Notes: generated from the sequence alone by a model not told the origin. Positions 48,651 through 59,617 are shown, numbered from the stretch's first letter. The stretch is DNA of 64,000 nt from Atribacterota bacterium (GCA_040767965.1 JAXGNR010000004.1:416001-480000), one strand, 5' to 3'. Program-made: numbers and translations.

Positions 48651-49710
48651 TAGTAAAAAGTTATTATTAAAAGAGCTTCGAGATTCTACTGCTTACTGGG
48701 TAAATGGTAGCGGGCCTATGAATCATACAGTGGTAAGCTCTAGAATTAGATTGGCCAGAAACATAAAAGAAATACCATTTCCCCATAGAGCAACTGAGTA
48801 CCAATTAAAAGAAGTTTTGCAAAAAAGCGAAAAAAATATAAGAGGAAATAATCATTTTCTTAATTTTAAAATATTAAAATTAGATGAACTGGAAGAAATT
48901 GATATTTGTTTTTTGGTAGAGAAAAGGCTAATAAGTTTGCTGCTTGCACAGTTTGCAAAACCATTTAGAGCACTTATATACAGAACTGATGAGAGTATTA
49001 GTGTTATGATAAATGAGGAAGATCACTATCGAATACAATGTATGTTACCAGGGTTTCAACTAAAAAAAGTTTGGGAAATGACTGAAAATTGCGATAATCG
49101 AATAGCTGAAAATATTGAATACGCATTTAGTAAAAAATATGGATATTTAACAAGTTGTCCAACAAATGTTGGAACCGGGTTAAGAGCGTCAGTAATGCTT
49201 CATTTGCCAGGATTAATCATAAGTAATCAGTTAAATGATTTAATGAACAGTATCAGCAATCAAGGTTTCGCTATAAGAGGTTTTTATGGAGAAGGTACTG
49301 ATTTTCTAGGAAGCCTGTTCCAGATATCCAATCAATATACATTGGGATTAAATGAAAAGGAAATCATCGACAAATTAGAAACAGTAACAAATAATCTTGT
49401 TAAAAAAGAGCAAAAAGCCAGAGAAGATTTAATTTTCCATTCTAAACAAAAAATTGAAGATCAAATAATGCGTGCTTATGGAATTCTGATAAATGCAAGG
49501 ATTATTTCCACTAGTGAAGCAGTAAATTTGTTATCTCTGGTAAGATTTGGAATAGAAACAGGAATTTTAGTAAAGGTTGGTTATGATACAATTAATAAAT
49601 TAATGTTAGTTATCCAACCAGCATATTTGCAATTAGTTAATGACAAGAAAATGGATAAGGAAGAAAGAGGTTCAGCGAGGGCAACATTAATACAAGAACT
49701 TATAAAATAG
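48640..49710 (+). CDS. mcsB: Protein arginine kinase McsB
   Basis: SSRIRLARN, MINEEDH, GYLTSCPTNVGTGLRASVMLHLP, FQISNQ.TLG; likely ATG 48640. Confidence 0.95.
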   Translation: MINDSKKLLLKELRDSTAYWVNGSGPMNHTVVSSRIRLARNIKEIPFPHRATEYQLKEVLQKSEKNIRGNNHFLNFKILKLDELEEIDICFLVEKRLISLLLAQFAKPFRALIYRTDESISVMINEEDHYRIQCMLPGFQLKKVWEMTENCDNRIAENIEYAFSKKYGYLTSCPTNVGTGLRASVMLHLPGLIISNQLNDLMNSISNQGFAIRGFYGEGTDFLGSLFQISNQYTLGLNEKEIIDKLETVTNNLVKKEQKAREDLIFHSKQKIEDQIMRAYGILINARIISTSEAVNLLSLVRFGIETGILVKVGYDTINKLMLVIQPAYLQLVNDKKMDKEERGSARATLIQELIK

Positions 49711-49814
49711 GTTTTATGGTTTTATGATTGTATATTATTAATTTGAAGAATGGTAAAAAGTTTTAATCTATTTTGAACTAGATATTTTGAAATAATTGAG
49801 GGAAGGATAAAAAA

Positions 49815-52295
49815 ATGTTTAAGAGATACACAGAAAAAGTACGGAAGGTTATTATGATGGCACAGGAAGAAGCCGTTAATCTTAATCATAACTATATTGG
49901 GACCGAACATATTTTAGTAGGCCTGGTAAAAGAAAATGAAGGAATTGCCGGAAAAGTTTTACGTGAATTAGGAGTAGAACCTGAAAAATTAATTGAAGAA
50001 ATAGAAAAAATTGTTGGCAAGGGAGAATACCAGGAAGTAAGTGAAATTACCTTTACTCCAAGAGCGAAAAAAGTGTTAGAATTAGCATCTCAGGAAGCTA
50101 GTCAGCTGGGGCAAAACTATATCGGAACTGAGCATATACTATTAGGATTATTGAAAGAAGGCAGTGGAGTAGCCACAAGAATATTGACAGATATGGGTAT
50201 TGATCTTGATAGCATATATTCTCAGGTAATGAAAGTTTTAATGGAAAGCGGGCAATCTGAAACAACATCTACCGGAGGGAGTATTCGCAAAGAAAGTAAA
50301 GTTCCGACATTAGATGAGTTTGGCAGGGATTTAACTGAACTCGCAAAAGAAGACAAGCTTGACCCTGTAGTTGGCAGAAGCAATGAAATACAAAGAGTAA
50401 TACAAATATTAAGCCGCAGAAAAAAGAACAACCCTTGTCTTATCGGAGAAGCGGGAGTAGGGAAAACAGCTATTGTTGAAGGATTAGCACAAAAAATTGC
50501 TGATAATGATGTTCCTGAAATATTGAAAAACAAAAGAATTATTTCTTTAGACTTAGCTTTGATAGTCGCAGGAACCAAATATCGGGGTGAATTTGAAAAG
50601 AGACTTAAAAAGATTGTCAAAGAAGTGCAAAACTCAAATGATGTAATTCTTTTTATTGATGAATTTCATACTTTAGTTGGAGCTGGTGCCGCTGAAGGAG
50701 CTATAGATGCTTCAAACATCTTAAAACCTGCTCTGGCAAGAGGGGAGATACAAGCAATTGGTGCAACTACTACTGATGAATATAGAAAATATATTGAAAA
50801 AGATAAAGCTTTAGAAAGAAGATTCCAGCCAATATATGTTCTTGAACCATCCATTGAAGAGGCAATTCAAATACTAACAGGATTAAGAGATAAATATGAA
50901 GCTCATCATAAGCTTACTATTTCTGACCAGTCACTGGTTTCCGCTGTAAAATTATCAGCAAGATATGTATCAGGTCGTTTTTTACCTGATAAAGCCATAG
51001 ATGTCATTGATGAAGCATCTTCAAAAGTAAAACTAAAAAATACAGTTTATCCTCCTGATGTAAAAGAAGTAGAAAATCAACTTTTAAAAGTTAGAAGAGA
51101 AAAAGAAACAGCGGTAAAATTACAGGAATTTGAGAAAGCTGCCAGACTGAGAGACAAGGAAAGAAAATGTATGGAAAAATACAGCGAGATAAAAAAAGAA
51201 TGGGAAACCGGTAGAACAAAAGAAAAAATAGAAGTTACAGTAGAAGATGTTGCTGAAGTAGTTTCTAGCTGGAGTGGAGTTCCGGTTTATTCTCTCAAAG
51301 AAGAAGAAGCTAAAAAACTAATCCGAATGGAAGAAGAATTGCACAAAAGAATTGTTGGACAGGATGAAGCCATTAAAGCAATATCCCAATCTGTTCGCAG
51401 GGCTAGAGCAGGAATGAAAGATCCAAAAAGACCCATAGGTTCTTTTATTTTCTTAGGGCCTACAGGTGTGGGCAAAACTGAATTAGCCCGCAGCTTGGCT
51501 GAATTTCTCTTTGGAGACGAAAATGCAATGATAAGCATTGACATGTCTGAATATATGGAAAAATTTGCTGTATCAAGATTGGTAGGAGCTCCTCCAGGGT
51601 ATGTCGGTTATGAAGAAGGCGGACAATTAACAGAAAAAGTTAGAAGAAGACCTTATTCTGTTGTTTTATTGGATGAAATAGAAAAAGCTCATCCTGATGT
51701 ATTTAATATTTTATTACAAATATTTGAAGATGGAAGGTTGACTGATTCGCAAGGCAGAGTAGTAGATTTTAAAAATACTGTTATAATTATGACCTCTAAC
51801 GTTGGAGCAACACTTATAAAAAAAGGAGCTTCATTAGGATTTAGAAGTGCCAATGAACCTGTCCAGATGGACTATAAAGACATAAAAGAAAGAGTAATGG
51901 GAGAATTAAATAAAACCTTTAGACCTGAATTTCTCAACAGAATTGATGAAGTAATTGTCTTTAAAGGCTTAACTCAGACAGAAATTAAAGAAATAGCAGA
52001 CTTGCTTATTACAGAAGTCAAAGAATTGCTTGATGAACAAAAAATTACTGCTACTGTCAAAAATAGCGCAAAGGATATTCTGGCTAAAGAAGGCTATGAC
52101 CCTAATTTTGGAGCACGTCCATTGAGAAGGACCATTGAAAGGCTAATTGAAAATCCCATCTCTGAGAAAATCCTTTCTGGTGAATTTAAAGAAAATGATC
52201 ACATTATAATCAGAGGGAAAAGTGGTAAAATAGTATTGGAAAAAAGTAAAGATAAATCAAAAAAAATAAAAACAAAAGATAAAGATAATGAGTAA
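49815..52295 (+). CDS. clpC: ATP-dependent Clp protease ATP-binding subunit ClpC
   Basis: Two Clp N repeats (GTEHIL), [19 protein letters not shown] middle domain, GARPLRR. Confidence 0.97.
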   Translation: MFKRYTEKVRKVIMMAQEEAVNLNHNYIGTEHILVGLVKENEGIAGKVLRELGVEPEKLIEEIEKIVGKGEYQEVSEITFTPRAKKVLELASQEASQLGQNYIGTEHILLGLLKEGSGVATRILTDMGIDLDSIYSQVMKVLMESGQSETTSTGGSIRKESKVPTLDEFGRDLTELAKEDKLDPVVGRSNEIQRVIQILSRRKKNNPCLIGEAGVGKTAIVEGLAQKIADNDVPEILKNKRIISLDLALIVAGTKYRGEFEKRLKKIVKEVQNSNDVILFIDEFHTLVGAGAAEGAIDASNILKPALARGEIQAIGATTTDEYRKYIEKDKALERRFQPIYVLEPSIEEAIQILTGLRDKYEAHHKLTISDQSLVSAVKLSARYVSGRFLPDKAIDVIDEASSKVKLKNTVYPPDVKEVENQLLKVRREKETAVKLQEFEKAARLRDKERKCMEKYSEIKKEWETGRTKEKIEVTVEDVAEVVSSWSGVPVYSLKEEEAKKLIRMEEELHKRIVGQDEAIKAISQSVRRARAGMKDPKRPIGSFIFLGPTGVGKTELARSLAEFLFGDENAMISIDMSEYMEKFAVSRLVGAPPGYVGYEEGGQLTEKVRRRPYSVVLLDEIEKAHPDVFNILLQIFEDGRLTDSQGRVVDFKNTVIIMTSNVGATLIKKGASLGFRSANEPVQMDYKDIKERVMGELNKTFRPEFLNRIDEVIVFKGLTQTEIKEIADLLITEVKELLDEQKITATVKNSAKDILAKEGYDPNFGARPLRRTIERLIENPISEKILSGEFKENDHIIIRGKSGKIVLEKSKDKSKKIKTKDKDNE

Positions 52296-52338
52296 TTTTA
52301 AAACAGAATAATACTTTCATTTGGGGAGCAATTAAAAA

Positions 52339-53709
52339 GTGAAAAATAGTATTAAGGAATATTATAGATGTGAAAATTGTGATTATGAAACTCCCCAATG
52401 GTTAGGCCGTTGTCCAAGTTGCGGAGAATGGAATACATTTGTTAGTATTGAAAAAAGTGCAAACAAAACGAAATCTTTAAAAAAAAGAACTACTAGCAAT
52501 TCTGCGAAACCAATCGCTGATTTTCTTTTTAAAAATGAAAATCAGCGATTTAAAACAAATATTAAAGAATTTGACCGGGTATTAGGAGGAGGTGTAGTTT
52601 CAGGTTCGCTTATTCTTATTGGAGGAGAGCCTGGAATTGGAAAATCAACTCTGGTATTGCAAGTGGCAAATCAGTTAGCAAAAAATGTTGGGAAGTCGCT
52701 ATATATTACTGCAGAAGAGTCAATCAGACAAATTCACTTACGAGCTGAACGTTTATCTGTTGAAGCAAAAGAACTTTATTTATTGTCAGAAACAGACCTG
52801 GAAAACATTATCCAGCAGATAATGCTTGTACAGCCTAAAATCGCTATAATTGATTCAATACAAATAATTAATGATAATTCAACAGATTCAACTCCAGGAA
52901 GTATTAATCAGGTTAAGAATTGTACAGCAAGATTAATGGAAATTGCCAAAAAAAATAATATTGCTATTATTATTATAGGTCATGTTACAAAAGGCGGAGC
53001 AATTGCAGGGCCAAAAATATTGGAGCATATGGTTGATACTGTACTTTATTTAGAAGGAGAAAGATATCAATCTTTTAGATTACTAAGAAGCATAAAAAAT
53101 CGTTTTGGAACTACAAATGAGCTGGGTATTTTTCAGATGGAAAGTTCCGGACTGCAGGAAGTTTTAAATCCTTCTAAAATATTAATATCTTCTCGCGAAA
53201 AACCTGTACCCGGGACAGCAACAACTGTGACCTTCGAAGGAAGCCGGCCCTTGGTTGTTGAGATTGAAGCATTGGTAAGCAATTCTTTTTTAACAAATCC
53301 TCGACGCATATCTACAGGGGTAGATTATAGCAGAGTATCTTTAATAATTGCTGTATTGGAAAACCGGTTAGGTTTACAGTTTCAAAATAAAGACATTTAT
53401 GTTAATGCAGCCGGAGGTATTAAAATAAGTGAACCAGCAATCGATCTCGGTATCGCTCTAGCTATTATTAGCAGTAATAAAGATGTAGCTATTGATATGG
53501 ATACAGTTGTCTTTGGAGAAATAGGTCTGACCGGTGAGCTGAGATCAGTTGGTATGAGTGAAAGAAGATTGAAGGAAGCACAGAAGATTGGTTATAAAAA
53601 AAGTATAATCCCAACAGAGAATGCAAAACAATTAATAAAAAAATTTAATGGTTTTGGAATAAAAAGCGTTAGTAATATACAAGAAATTATAAAATTTATA
53701 CAAAAATAA
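52339..53709 (+). CDS. radA: DNA repair protein RadA/Sms
   Basis: CENC..W.GRCPSCGEWNT, GEPGIGKST, KNRFG. Confidence 0.96.
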   Translation: MKNSIKEYYRCENCDYETPQWLGRCPSCGEWNTFVSIEKSANKTKSLKKRTTSNSAKPIADFLFKNENQRFKTNIKEFDRVLGGGVVSGSLILIGGEPGIGKSTLVLQVANQLAKNVGKSLYITAEESIRQIHLRAERLSVEAKELYLLSETDLENIIQQIMLVQPKIAIIDSIQIINDNSTDSTPGSINQVKNCTARLMEIAKKNNIAIIIIGHVTKGGAIAGPKILEHMVDTVLYLEGERYQSFRLLRSIKNRFGTTNELGIFQMESSGLQEVLNPSKILISSREKPVPGTATTVTFEGSRPLVVEIEALVSNSFLTNPRRISTGVDYSRVSLIIAVLENRLGLQFQNKDIYVNAAGGIKISEPAIDLGIALAIISSNKDVAIDMDTVVFGEIGLTGELRSVGMSERRLKEAQKIGYKKSIIPTENAKQLIKKFNGFGIKSVSNIQEIIKFIQK

Positions 53710-53744
53710 TAATCTATTTTTAACTGAAAATAATAATTGTCTTT

Positions 53745-53773
53745 TTGACACTAAAAATGGCAAATGCTATAAT
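53745..53773 (+). promoter_or_regulatory. Consensus sigma70 promoter
   Basis: TTGACA-17 bp-TATAAT with extended -10 TG. Confidence 0.8.
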
Positions 53774-53921
53774 TTAGTCACTTTTTATTCATTTTACTTT
53801 ATAGTTATTTTAATACTGTTTATTTTATTATTTTAAAAAACATAAAGGGGAGGTGATAATAATAAGAAAATATTTTAAAGTAAAAAAGATAATTAAAAAT
53901 TGAATATAGGAGGTATTTAAT

Positions 53922-55061
53922 TTGTCAGGATTAACAAGAAAAATTATTTGTATTATTTTTTTGCTGATAGGTGGCATAATGGGTTATGAAATTATTCCTG
54001 GCATCGATAGTTTGTCTAATATAGACTTATTAATAAACAAGCAATGGTTGTTGCCAATATTATCCTTTTTTATAGGGTCTTTTTTCGGATTTATAATATT
54101 TATACTAAGTTATAAAAAAATAAGTTTATTAGGTGAAAGATTTATAACCTATTTTATAAAAATACCTACTCAAAAAATTTTATCGGGTGTTATCGGTTTA
54201 ATAGTGGGTTTGATAATAGCAAATTTATTAGCATATTCATTATCTTTCATACCTTTTATTGGAAACTATCTGCCAATCACGCTTAATATTACACTGGGTT
54301 TATTAGGAATTATTATTGGATTAAGCAAAAGAGAAGAAAGTGTAAATTTTTATAAAAAAAGTATTGGTAAGCTGAAGAAAAAAGAAAAAATAGCCCAATA
54401 CCAACCAAAAATACTGGACACAAGCGTTATCATCGATGGCAGAATTGCAGATATTTGCCAAACAGATTTTTTAGATGGTGAACTAATAATTCCACGTTTT
54501 GTATTGAATGAATTACAAGCCATAGCTGATTCCTCAGAACCTCTTAAGCGAAATCGAGGCAGAAGAGGTCTGGATGTTTTAAATAGAATTAATAAAATTC
54601 ATGCAAATAAAATAAAAATAATCAGTCAGGATTATAATGACTTAAAAAGTGTTGATACAAAATTAATTAGATTAGCCAAAGATCTAGATGCCAAAGTTTT
54701 GACAAATGATTATAATCTAAATAAGCTTGCACAGCTGGAAAATGTATCTGTACTAAATATTAACGATCTTTCCAATGCTTTAAAGTCTGTTATATTACCA
54801 GGAGAAGAATTAATAACTCAGATTATCAAAGAAGGCAAAGAATCCGGTCAAGGAGTCGCTTATTTGGATGACGGTACAATGATAGTAGTTGAAAATGGAA
54901 TAAAAAATATCGGAGATAAAGTAAAAGTAGTAGTGACTAGTATTTTACAAACACCGGCAGGCAGAATGATATTTGGAAGGATAAAAGAAAAAATAAGTCA
55001 AAATCATAATGGTTTCAATGATAGTAGTAAAAAGTATCATTCCAGTCATAAAAACAGATAA
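53922..55061 (+). CDS. Membrane PIN/TRAM domain protein (YacL-like)
   Basis: 4 TM helices, [48 protein letters not shown]. Confidence 0.92.
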   Translation: MSGLTRKIICIIFLLIGGIMGYEIIPGIDSLSNIDLLINKQWLLPILSFFIGSFFGFIIFILSYKKISLLGERFITYFIKIPTQKILSGVIGLIVGLIIANLLAYSLSFIPFIGNYLPITLNITLGLLGIIIGLSKREESVNFYKKSIGKLKKKEKIAQYQPKILDTSVIIDGRIADICQTDFLDGELIIPRFVLNELQAIADSSEPLKRNRGRRGLDVLNRINKIHANKIKIISQDYNDLKSVDTKLIRLAKDLDAKVLTNDYNLNKLAQLENVSVLNINDLSNALKSVILPGEELITQIIKEGKESGQGVAYLDDGTMIVVENGIKNIGDKVKVVVTSILQTPAGRMIFGRIKEKISQNHNGFNDSSKKYHSSHKNR

Positions 55062-55136
55062 TCAAATAAAATAATTAACATATTATCCTGTTTTTAGTTT
55101 CAATTAAATAGAAAGATTAATAGAGAGGATAAAAAG

Positions 55137-56564
55137 TTGTCTTTAAAATTATATAATACACTAACTAGCAAAAAAGAAATATTTCATCCCTTGGAAAAAG
55201 ACAAAGTAAAAATGTATGTTTGCGGCCCAACAGTTTACGATTTTTTTCACATCGGCAATGCCAGACCTTTTTTAATATTTGAAGTTCTAAGAAGATACTT
55301 TCAGTTTAAAAAATATCAGGTCAAATATGTTTCTAATTTTACCGACATAGACGATAAGGTTATAAAAAGAGCAAATGAAATGGGAGTTGATTTTTCAGAA
55401 ATTGCAGAAAGATATATTAAAGAATATTTTCAAGATGCTGATTATTTGAATATCGGTAGAGCTGATGTAAATCCGAAAGCTACTGATCACATTACTGATA
55501 TCATAGCTTTTGTTGAAGGTTTAGTTGAAAAAGGTTATGCTTATGCAGTTGATGGAGATGTTTTTTTTGAAGTAAATAAATTTAAGGACTATGGCAAACT
55601 ATCTAAACAAAATTTAGAAGAAATAAGAGCTGGAGAAAGAATTGATGTAGATCTTCGCAAGAGAAACCCTTTTGATTTTGTTTTATGGAAAAAAGCGAAA
55701 AAAGATGAGCCTTATTGGGATAGTCCATGGGGTAAAGGAAGGCCGGGCTGGCATATTGAATGTTCGGTTATGTCGCGCAAATATTTAGGAGATAGTTTTG
55801 ATATTCATGCTGGGGGAGCTGATTTAATATTTCCACATCATGAAAATGAAATAGCTCAAAGTGAAGCTTTTACCGGAAAGATATTTGCAAAATACTGGCT
55901 CCATAACGGTTATCTGAAAATAGACAATAAAAAAATGTCTAAATCTATTGGCAATATCTTAAAAATAAGAGAACTTTCAGAAAAATACTCTGGTTCAGAT
56001 CTCAGACATTTTCTTTTATCTGCTCATTACCGAAGCCCTTTGAATTTTTCAGAAGAGCAATTAGAGCAATCTAAAAATAGCCTGGATACCTTAAAAAATC
56101 TTATTTTTAATTTAAACCATATTAAAGAAAAAGATGTATTTTCTGAAAAGATTGACGATTTAGGTAAGGAATTACTTTCAAGAAAAAGAGAATTAGAAAA
56201 TAAATTTATAGAAGCTATGGATGATGATCTTAACACACCTGTTGCACTTAGCACCCTATTCTTATTAGCAAAAAGCGCCAATGTTTATATTAATAGTGAT
56301 GCTGTTAAAAATAAAAAGGTCATTGATGAGGTGTTAGATTTTTATCAACAATATGGAAATGATATTTTAGGTTTTAAAGAAGAAACGGCTGATAAATTTG
56401 AATCGTATGTAAACGATAAGGAAATTGAAGAATTAGTAGAAAAAAGAGAAAAGGCAAGAAAAAATAAAGACTGGAAAACTGCTGATGAGATAAGAGATCA
56501 GTTAAAAGAAATGGATATAATTTTAGAGGATACAGTAGATGGTATTCGTTGGAAAAAAGCTTGA
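55137..56564 (+). CDS. cysS: Cysteine--tRNA ligase
   Basis: YVCGPTVY, HIGNAR, GRPGWHIECS, FPHHENE, KMSKS. Confidence 0.97.
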   Translation: MSLKLYNTLTSKKEIFHPLEKDKVKMYVCGPTVYDFFHIGNARPFLIFEVLRRYFQFKKYQVKYVSNFTDIDDKVIKRANEMGVDFSEIAERYIKEYFQDADYLNIGRADVNPKATDHITDIIAFVEGLVEKGYAYAVDGDVFFEVNKFKDYGKLSKQNLEEIRAGERIDVDLRKRNPFDFVLWKKAKKDEPYWDSPWGKGRPGWHIECSVMSRKYLGDSFDIHAGGADLIFPHHENEIAQSEAFTGKIFAKYWLHNGYLKIDNKKMSKSIGNILKIRELSEKYSGSDLRHFLLSAHYRSPLNFSEEQLEQSKNSLDTLKNLIFNLNHIKEKDVFSEKIDDLGKELLSRKRELENKFIEAMDDDLNTPVALSTLFLLAKSANVYINSDAVKNKKVIDEVLDFYQQYGNDILGFKEETADKFESYVNDKEIEELVEKREKARKNKDWKTADEIRDQLKEMDIILEDTVDGIRWKKA

Positions 56565-56590
56565 CTATGTTTTTGCCATTAGTCTATAAT
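56561..56590 (+). promoter_or_regulatory. Candidate promoter for sigH
   Basis: TTGACT-18 bp-TATAAT. Confidence 0.55.
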
Positions 56591-56678
56591 TGAAAAAAAT
56601 TGCGCTAGATTTAGCTTTTAAAAGTTTTTTAAAATAAAGTTAGATTTTTAAGCCAATAAAAAATGTTGAGGTTTCGCT

Positions 56679-57314
56679 TTGAATATATTTGAAGATAAGT
56701 CAACTGTTTTTTATAAAAAATATGATGACTCAGAATTGGTTTGCATGGCTAATGAAGGGAATTATTTTGCAGAACAGTATATAATAAATAAATATAAAAA
56801 ACATGTTAAAATGAAAGCAAGAACTTATTTTTTAATAGGCGCCGATAGAGAGGATATTATACAAGAAGGCATGATTGGATTGTACAAAGCCGTTAGGAAT
56901 TATGATGGATTAAAGCAATCTTCTTTTAATACATTTGCTGAAATATGTATAAACAGACAGATAATTACAGCTATAAAAACGGCAACCAGACAAAAGCATA
57001 TGCCCTTGAATTATTATGTTTCTCTGAACCAGACTTTAAACCACGATAGCTCTGAAAGGACTTTGCTGGATGTTGTTGATGATATTAATATTAACGATCC
57101 AATGGCATTGTTTATAACAAAAGAAAGATTTAAGGAAATAGAGGATAATTTAAAAAAAGTATTGTCTAAATTGGAAATGCAAGTTTTGGAATTATATCTA
57201 GATGGGAAAACCTATCGGGAAATTGCTCTTGAAATAAAGAGAAATACAAAGTCTATAGATAATGCTATTCAAAGAATAAAATCAAAAATAGAATTTGTTC
57301 ATAAATTCAATTGA
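56679..57314 (+). CDS. sigH: RNA polymerase sigma factor SigH (Bacillus/Clostridium sigma-H type)
   Basis: KARTYFLIGADREDIIQEGMIGLYKA, RQIITAIKTATRQKHMPLN, KSIDNAIQR. Confidence 0.93.
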   Translation: MNIFEDKSTVFYKKYDDSELVCMANEGNYFAEQYIINKYKKHVKMKARTYFLIGADREDIIQEGMIGLYKAVRNYDGLKQSSFNTFAEICINRQIITAIKTATRQKHMPLNYYVSLNQTLNHDSSERTLLDVVDDININDPMALFITKERFKEIEDNLKKVLSKLEMQVLELYLDGKTYREIALEIKRNTKSIDNAIQRIKSKIEFVHKFN

Positions 57315-57339
57315 CTACTACAAAAAAAACAATTATAAT
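57311..57339 (+). promoter_or_regulatory. Promoter of tRNA-tuf operon
   Basis: TTGACT-17 bp-TATAAT, 10 nt before the first tRNA. Confidence 0.75.
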
Positions 57340-57349
57340 GTAGACTGTT

Positions 57350-57425
57350 GCCGGTGTAGCTCAGCTGGTAGAGCAGCTGATTTGTAATCAGCAGGTCATC
57401 CGTTCGAATCGGATCATCGGCTCCA
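57350..57425 (+). tRNA. tRNA-Thr(TGT)
   Basis: GCCGGTG acceptor, CTGAT-TTGTAA-TCAG anticodon arm, TTCGAAT T-loop, CCA end. Confidence 0.95.
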
Positions 57426-57444
57426 TAAAGTGAAGCATAAATAT

Positions 57445-57531
57445 GGGGAGGTACCAAAGTGGCCAAATGGAGCGGACTGTAGATCCGTTGGCTGAACGCC
57501 TTCGAAGGTTCGAATCCTTCCCTCCCCACCA
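57445..57531 (+). tRNA. tRNA-Tyr(GTA)
   Basis: GGGGAGG/CCTCCCC acceptor, GCGGA-CTGTAGA-TCCGT, long variable arm, CCA. Confidence 0.95.
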
Positions 57532-57533
57532 TT

Positions 57534-57609
<76 letters not shown>

Positions 57610-57686
57610 AAAAAATGTTTTTTGAAAAAATAGTCAATTTTACACATAATTACAGAAATGTTTCTTTTTAAGGAGGAAAAAACAAA

Positions 57687-58889
57687 ATGGCTAAAGAAAA
57701 GTTTGTTCGTACTAAGCCGCATGTTAATATCGGTACTATAGGTCACGTTGACCATGGAAAGACTACCCTGACTGCAGCAATAACTAAATATTTGTCTATC
57801 AAGAAATTCGCCAAAGCCACGGCTTTTGATGAAATTGACCGTGCACCTGAAGAAAAGGAAAGAGGGATTACCATCTCAGTATTCCATGCGGAGTACGAAA
57901 CAGAAAAAAGACATTATGCCCATATAGACTGCCCTGGTCATGCTGACTATGTTAAAAACATGATTACCGGTGCAGCTCAAATGGATGGTGCAATCTTAGT
58001 CGTTTCTGCTGCTGATGGTCCTATGCCTCAGACCAGAGAACATATCCTGTTATCCAGACAGGTTGGTGTACCATACATCGTAGTTTTCTTAAACAAAACC
58101 GATATGGTGGATGACCCTGAATTGATTGAATTGGTAGAAATGGAAGTTCGGGAATTATTAAGTGAATATGAATTCCCAGGTGATGATATTCCGGTAGTAA
58201 AAGGTTCAGCCTTAAAGGCCATGGAAGCAGATACTGCTAACCCGGATGATCCTGCTTTCAAACCAATGCAGGAATTAATGGATGCGGTAGACAGCTATAT
58301 CGCCACACCGATGCGTGAGAATGACAAGCCTTTCCTGATGTCTATCGAAGACGTCTTTAGCATAACCGGAAGAGGAACAGTTGCTACTGGCCGTATTGAG
58401 CGCGGTATGATAAAAGTTGGTGACACAGTAGAAATAGTAGGTTTAAGTGATAAGCCGAAAAAAACAGTTGCTACTGGTGTGGAAATGTTCCGCAAGCTGC
58501 TCGATCAAGCTGAAGCAGGGGATAATGTAGGTATTCTCTTGCGTGGTGTAGATAAAAAAGAGATTAAACGCGGACAGGTTCTTGCTGCCCCAGGCAGTAT
58601 TACTCCTCACACCAAATTCAAAGGCGAATTAGTTATCCTTACCAAAGATGAAGGTGGAAGACATACTCCTATCTTTAGCGGTTATCGTCCTCAGTTCTAC
58701 TTTAGAACCACAGACGTTACAGGTACCGTACATCTACCTGAAGGAGTAGAGATGGCCATGCCTGGTGATAACTTGACTGTTTCCGGAGAATTAATTACTC
58801 CAATCGCTATGGAAAAAGGAGTTCGCTTTGCTATCCGGGAAGGTGGCAGAACCATAGCAGCAGGAGTTGTTACCGACATAGTTGAGTAA
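57687..58889 (+). CDS. tuf: Elongation factor Tu
   Basis: [43 protein letters not shown]. Confidence 0.98.
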   Translation: MAKEKFVRTKPHVNIGTIGHVDHGKTTLTAAITKYLSIKKFAKATAFDEIDRAPEEKERGITISVFHAEYETEKRHYAHIDCPGHADYVKNMITGAAQMDGAILVVSAADGPMPQTREHILLSRQVGVPYIVVFLNKTDMVDDPELIELVEMEVRELLSEYEFPGDDIPVVKGSALKAMEADTANPDDPAFKPMQELMDAVDSYIATPMRENDKPFLMSIEDVFSITGRGTVATGRIERGMIKVGDTVEIVGLSDKPKKTVATGVEMFRKLLDQAEAGDNVGILLRGVDKKEIKRGQVLAAPGSITPHTKFKGELVILTKDEGGRHTPIFSGYRPQFYFRTTDVTGTVHLPEGVEMAMPGDNLTVSGELITPIAMEKGVRFAIREGGRTIAAGVVTDIVE

Positions 58890-58942
58890 TAATGGTGATA
58901 CTAAAAATTACAGTATTTAATAAATACTGGATATAACAAAAA

Positions 58943-58980
58943 AACAATTAAGACTGGGTATTGATCCAGTCTTAATTGTT
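58943..58980 (+). terminator. Hairpin terminator after tuf
   Basis: AACAATTAAGACTGG-gtattgat-CCAGTCTTAATTGTT, perfect 15-bp stem. Confidence 0.75.
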
Positions 58981-59056
58981 AACTTACTTAGAAGAAGATA
59001 ATAATTAACGAAAATATATAAAAATAATAAATGAAGAGTTTAATTTAATAACTTGC

Positions 59057-59085
59057 TTGACATCAATCAATAATTATGCTAAATT
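59057..59085 (+). promoter_or_regulatory. Promoter for rpmG-trnW-secE-nusG
   Basis: TTGACA-17 bp-TAAATT with extended -10 TG. Confidence 0.7.
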
Positions 59086-59127
59086 TAATTTCGTTAATTT
59101 TCTTAAACGAGAAAAGGAGTAACCTAG

Positions 59128-59277
59128 ATGAGGCAAAGAATAGTTCTAGCATGTACTGAATGTGATAATCGTAATTACAATAATTACAAAAATAAAAAGA
59201 ATACTTCTGGAAGATTATCTTTGAATAAATATTGCAAATTTTGTAAAAAACATACTGAGCATAAAGAAACAAAATAG
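59128..59277 (+). CDS. rpmG: 50S ribosomal protein L33 (zinc-ribbon form); below the ORF-track size cut-off
   Basis: Manual translation [49 protein letters not shown]; SD AGGAG. Confidence 0.95.
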   Translation: MRQRIVLACTECDNRNYNNYKNKKNTSGRLSLNKYCKFCKKHTEHKETK

Positions 59278-59293
59278 AAAAATACAATAACAC

Positions 59294-59369
59294 AGGTCCG
59301 TAGCTCTAACGGGAGAGCACCGGACTCCAAATCCGGGGGTTGCAGGTTCAAATCCTGCCGGGCCTGCCA
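59294..59369 (+). tRNA. tRNA-Trp(CCA)
   Basis: AGGTCCG acceptor, CCGGA-CTCCAAA-TCCGG, GTTCAAATC, CCA; canonical position between rpmG and secE. Confidence 0.93.
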
Positions 59370-59416
59370 TTTTTAATTTTATTAATAAATAGTAAAAATA
59401 TTAAAAAGGTGTTTTA

Positions 59417-59617
59417 ATGAATTTAAATAACTTGTTTCAAAAGATAATTAATTTTATAAAAGAAGCTAGGACTGAATTAAAAAAAGTGACCTGGCCAAAT
59501 AGAAAACAACTAATTAGCAGTACTATTGTAGTAATGATCACTGTTGCTCTGGTGGCTGTTTTTTTAGGCATTGTTGATTTGGTTTTTTCTCGTATTGTTA
59601 CCGTAATATTGCAGTAA
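59417..59617 (+). CDS. secE: Preprotein translocase subunit SecE
   Basis: ELKKVTWP followed by a single TM helix. Confidence 0.95.
   Translation: MNLNNLFQKIINFIKEARTELKKVTWPNRKQLISSTIVVMITVALVAVFLGIVDLVFSRIVTVILQ

Noticed and set aside
53922-55061. PIN toxin of a toxin-antitoxin system
   Set aside because: It is the conserved membrane PIN/TRAM (YacL-like) gene in its usual radA-cysS context, with no antitoxin
36696-57314. Sporulation system (SpoIVB-like peptidase plus sigH)
   Set aside because: The S55 protein is the long form with no evident PDZ domain, and no other spo genes are in the window; insufficient to claim sporulation
57299-57532. 77-aa minus-strand ORF
   Set aside because: Antisense translation of tRNA-Thr/tRNA-Tyr
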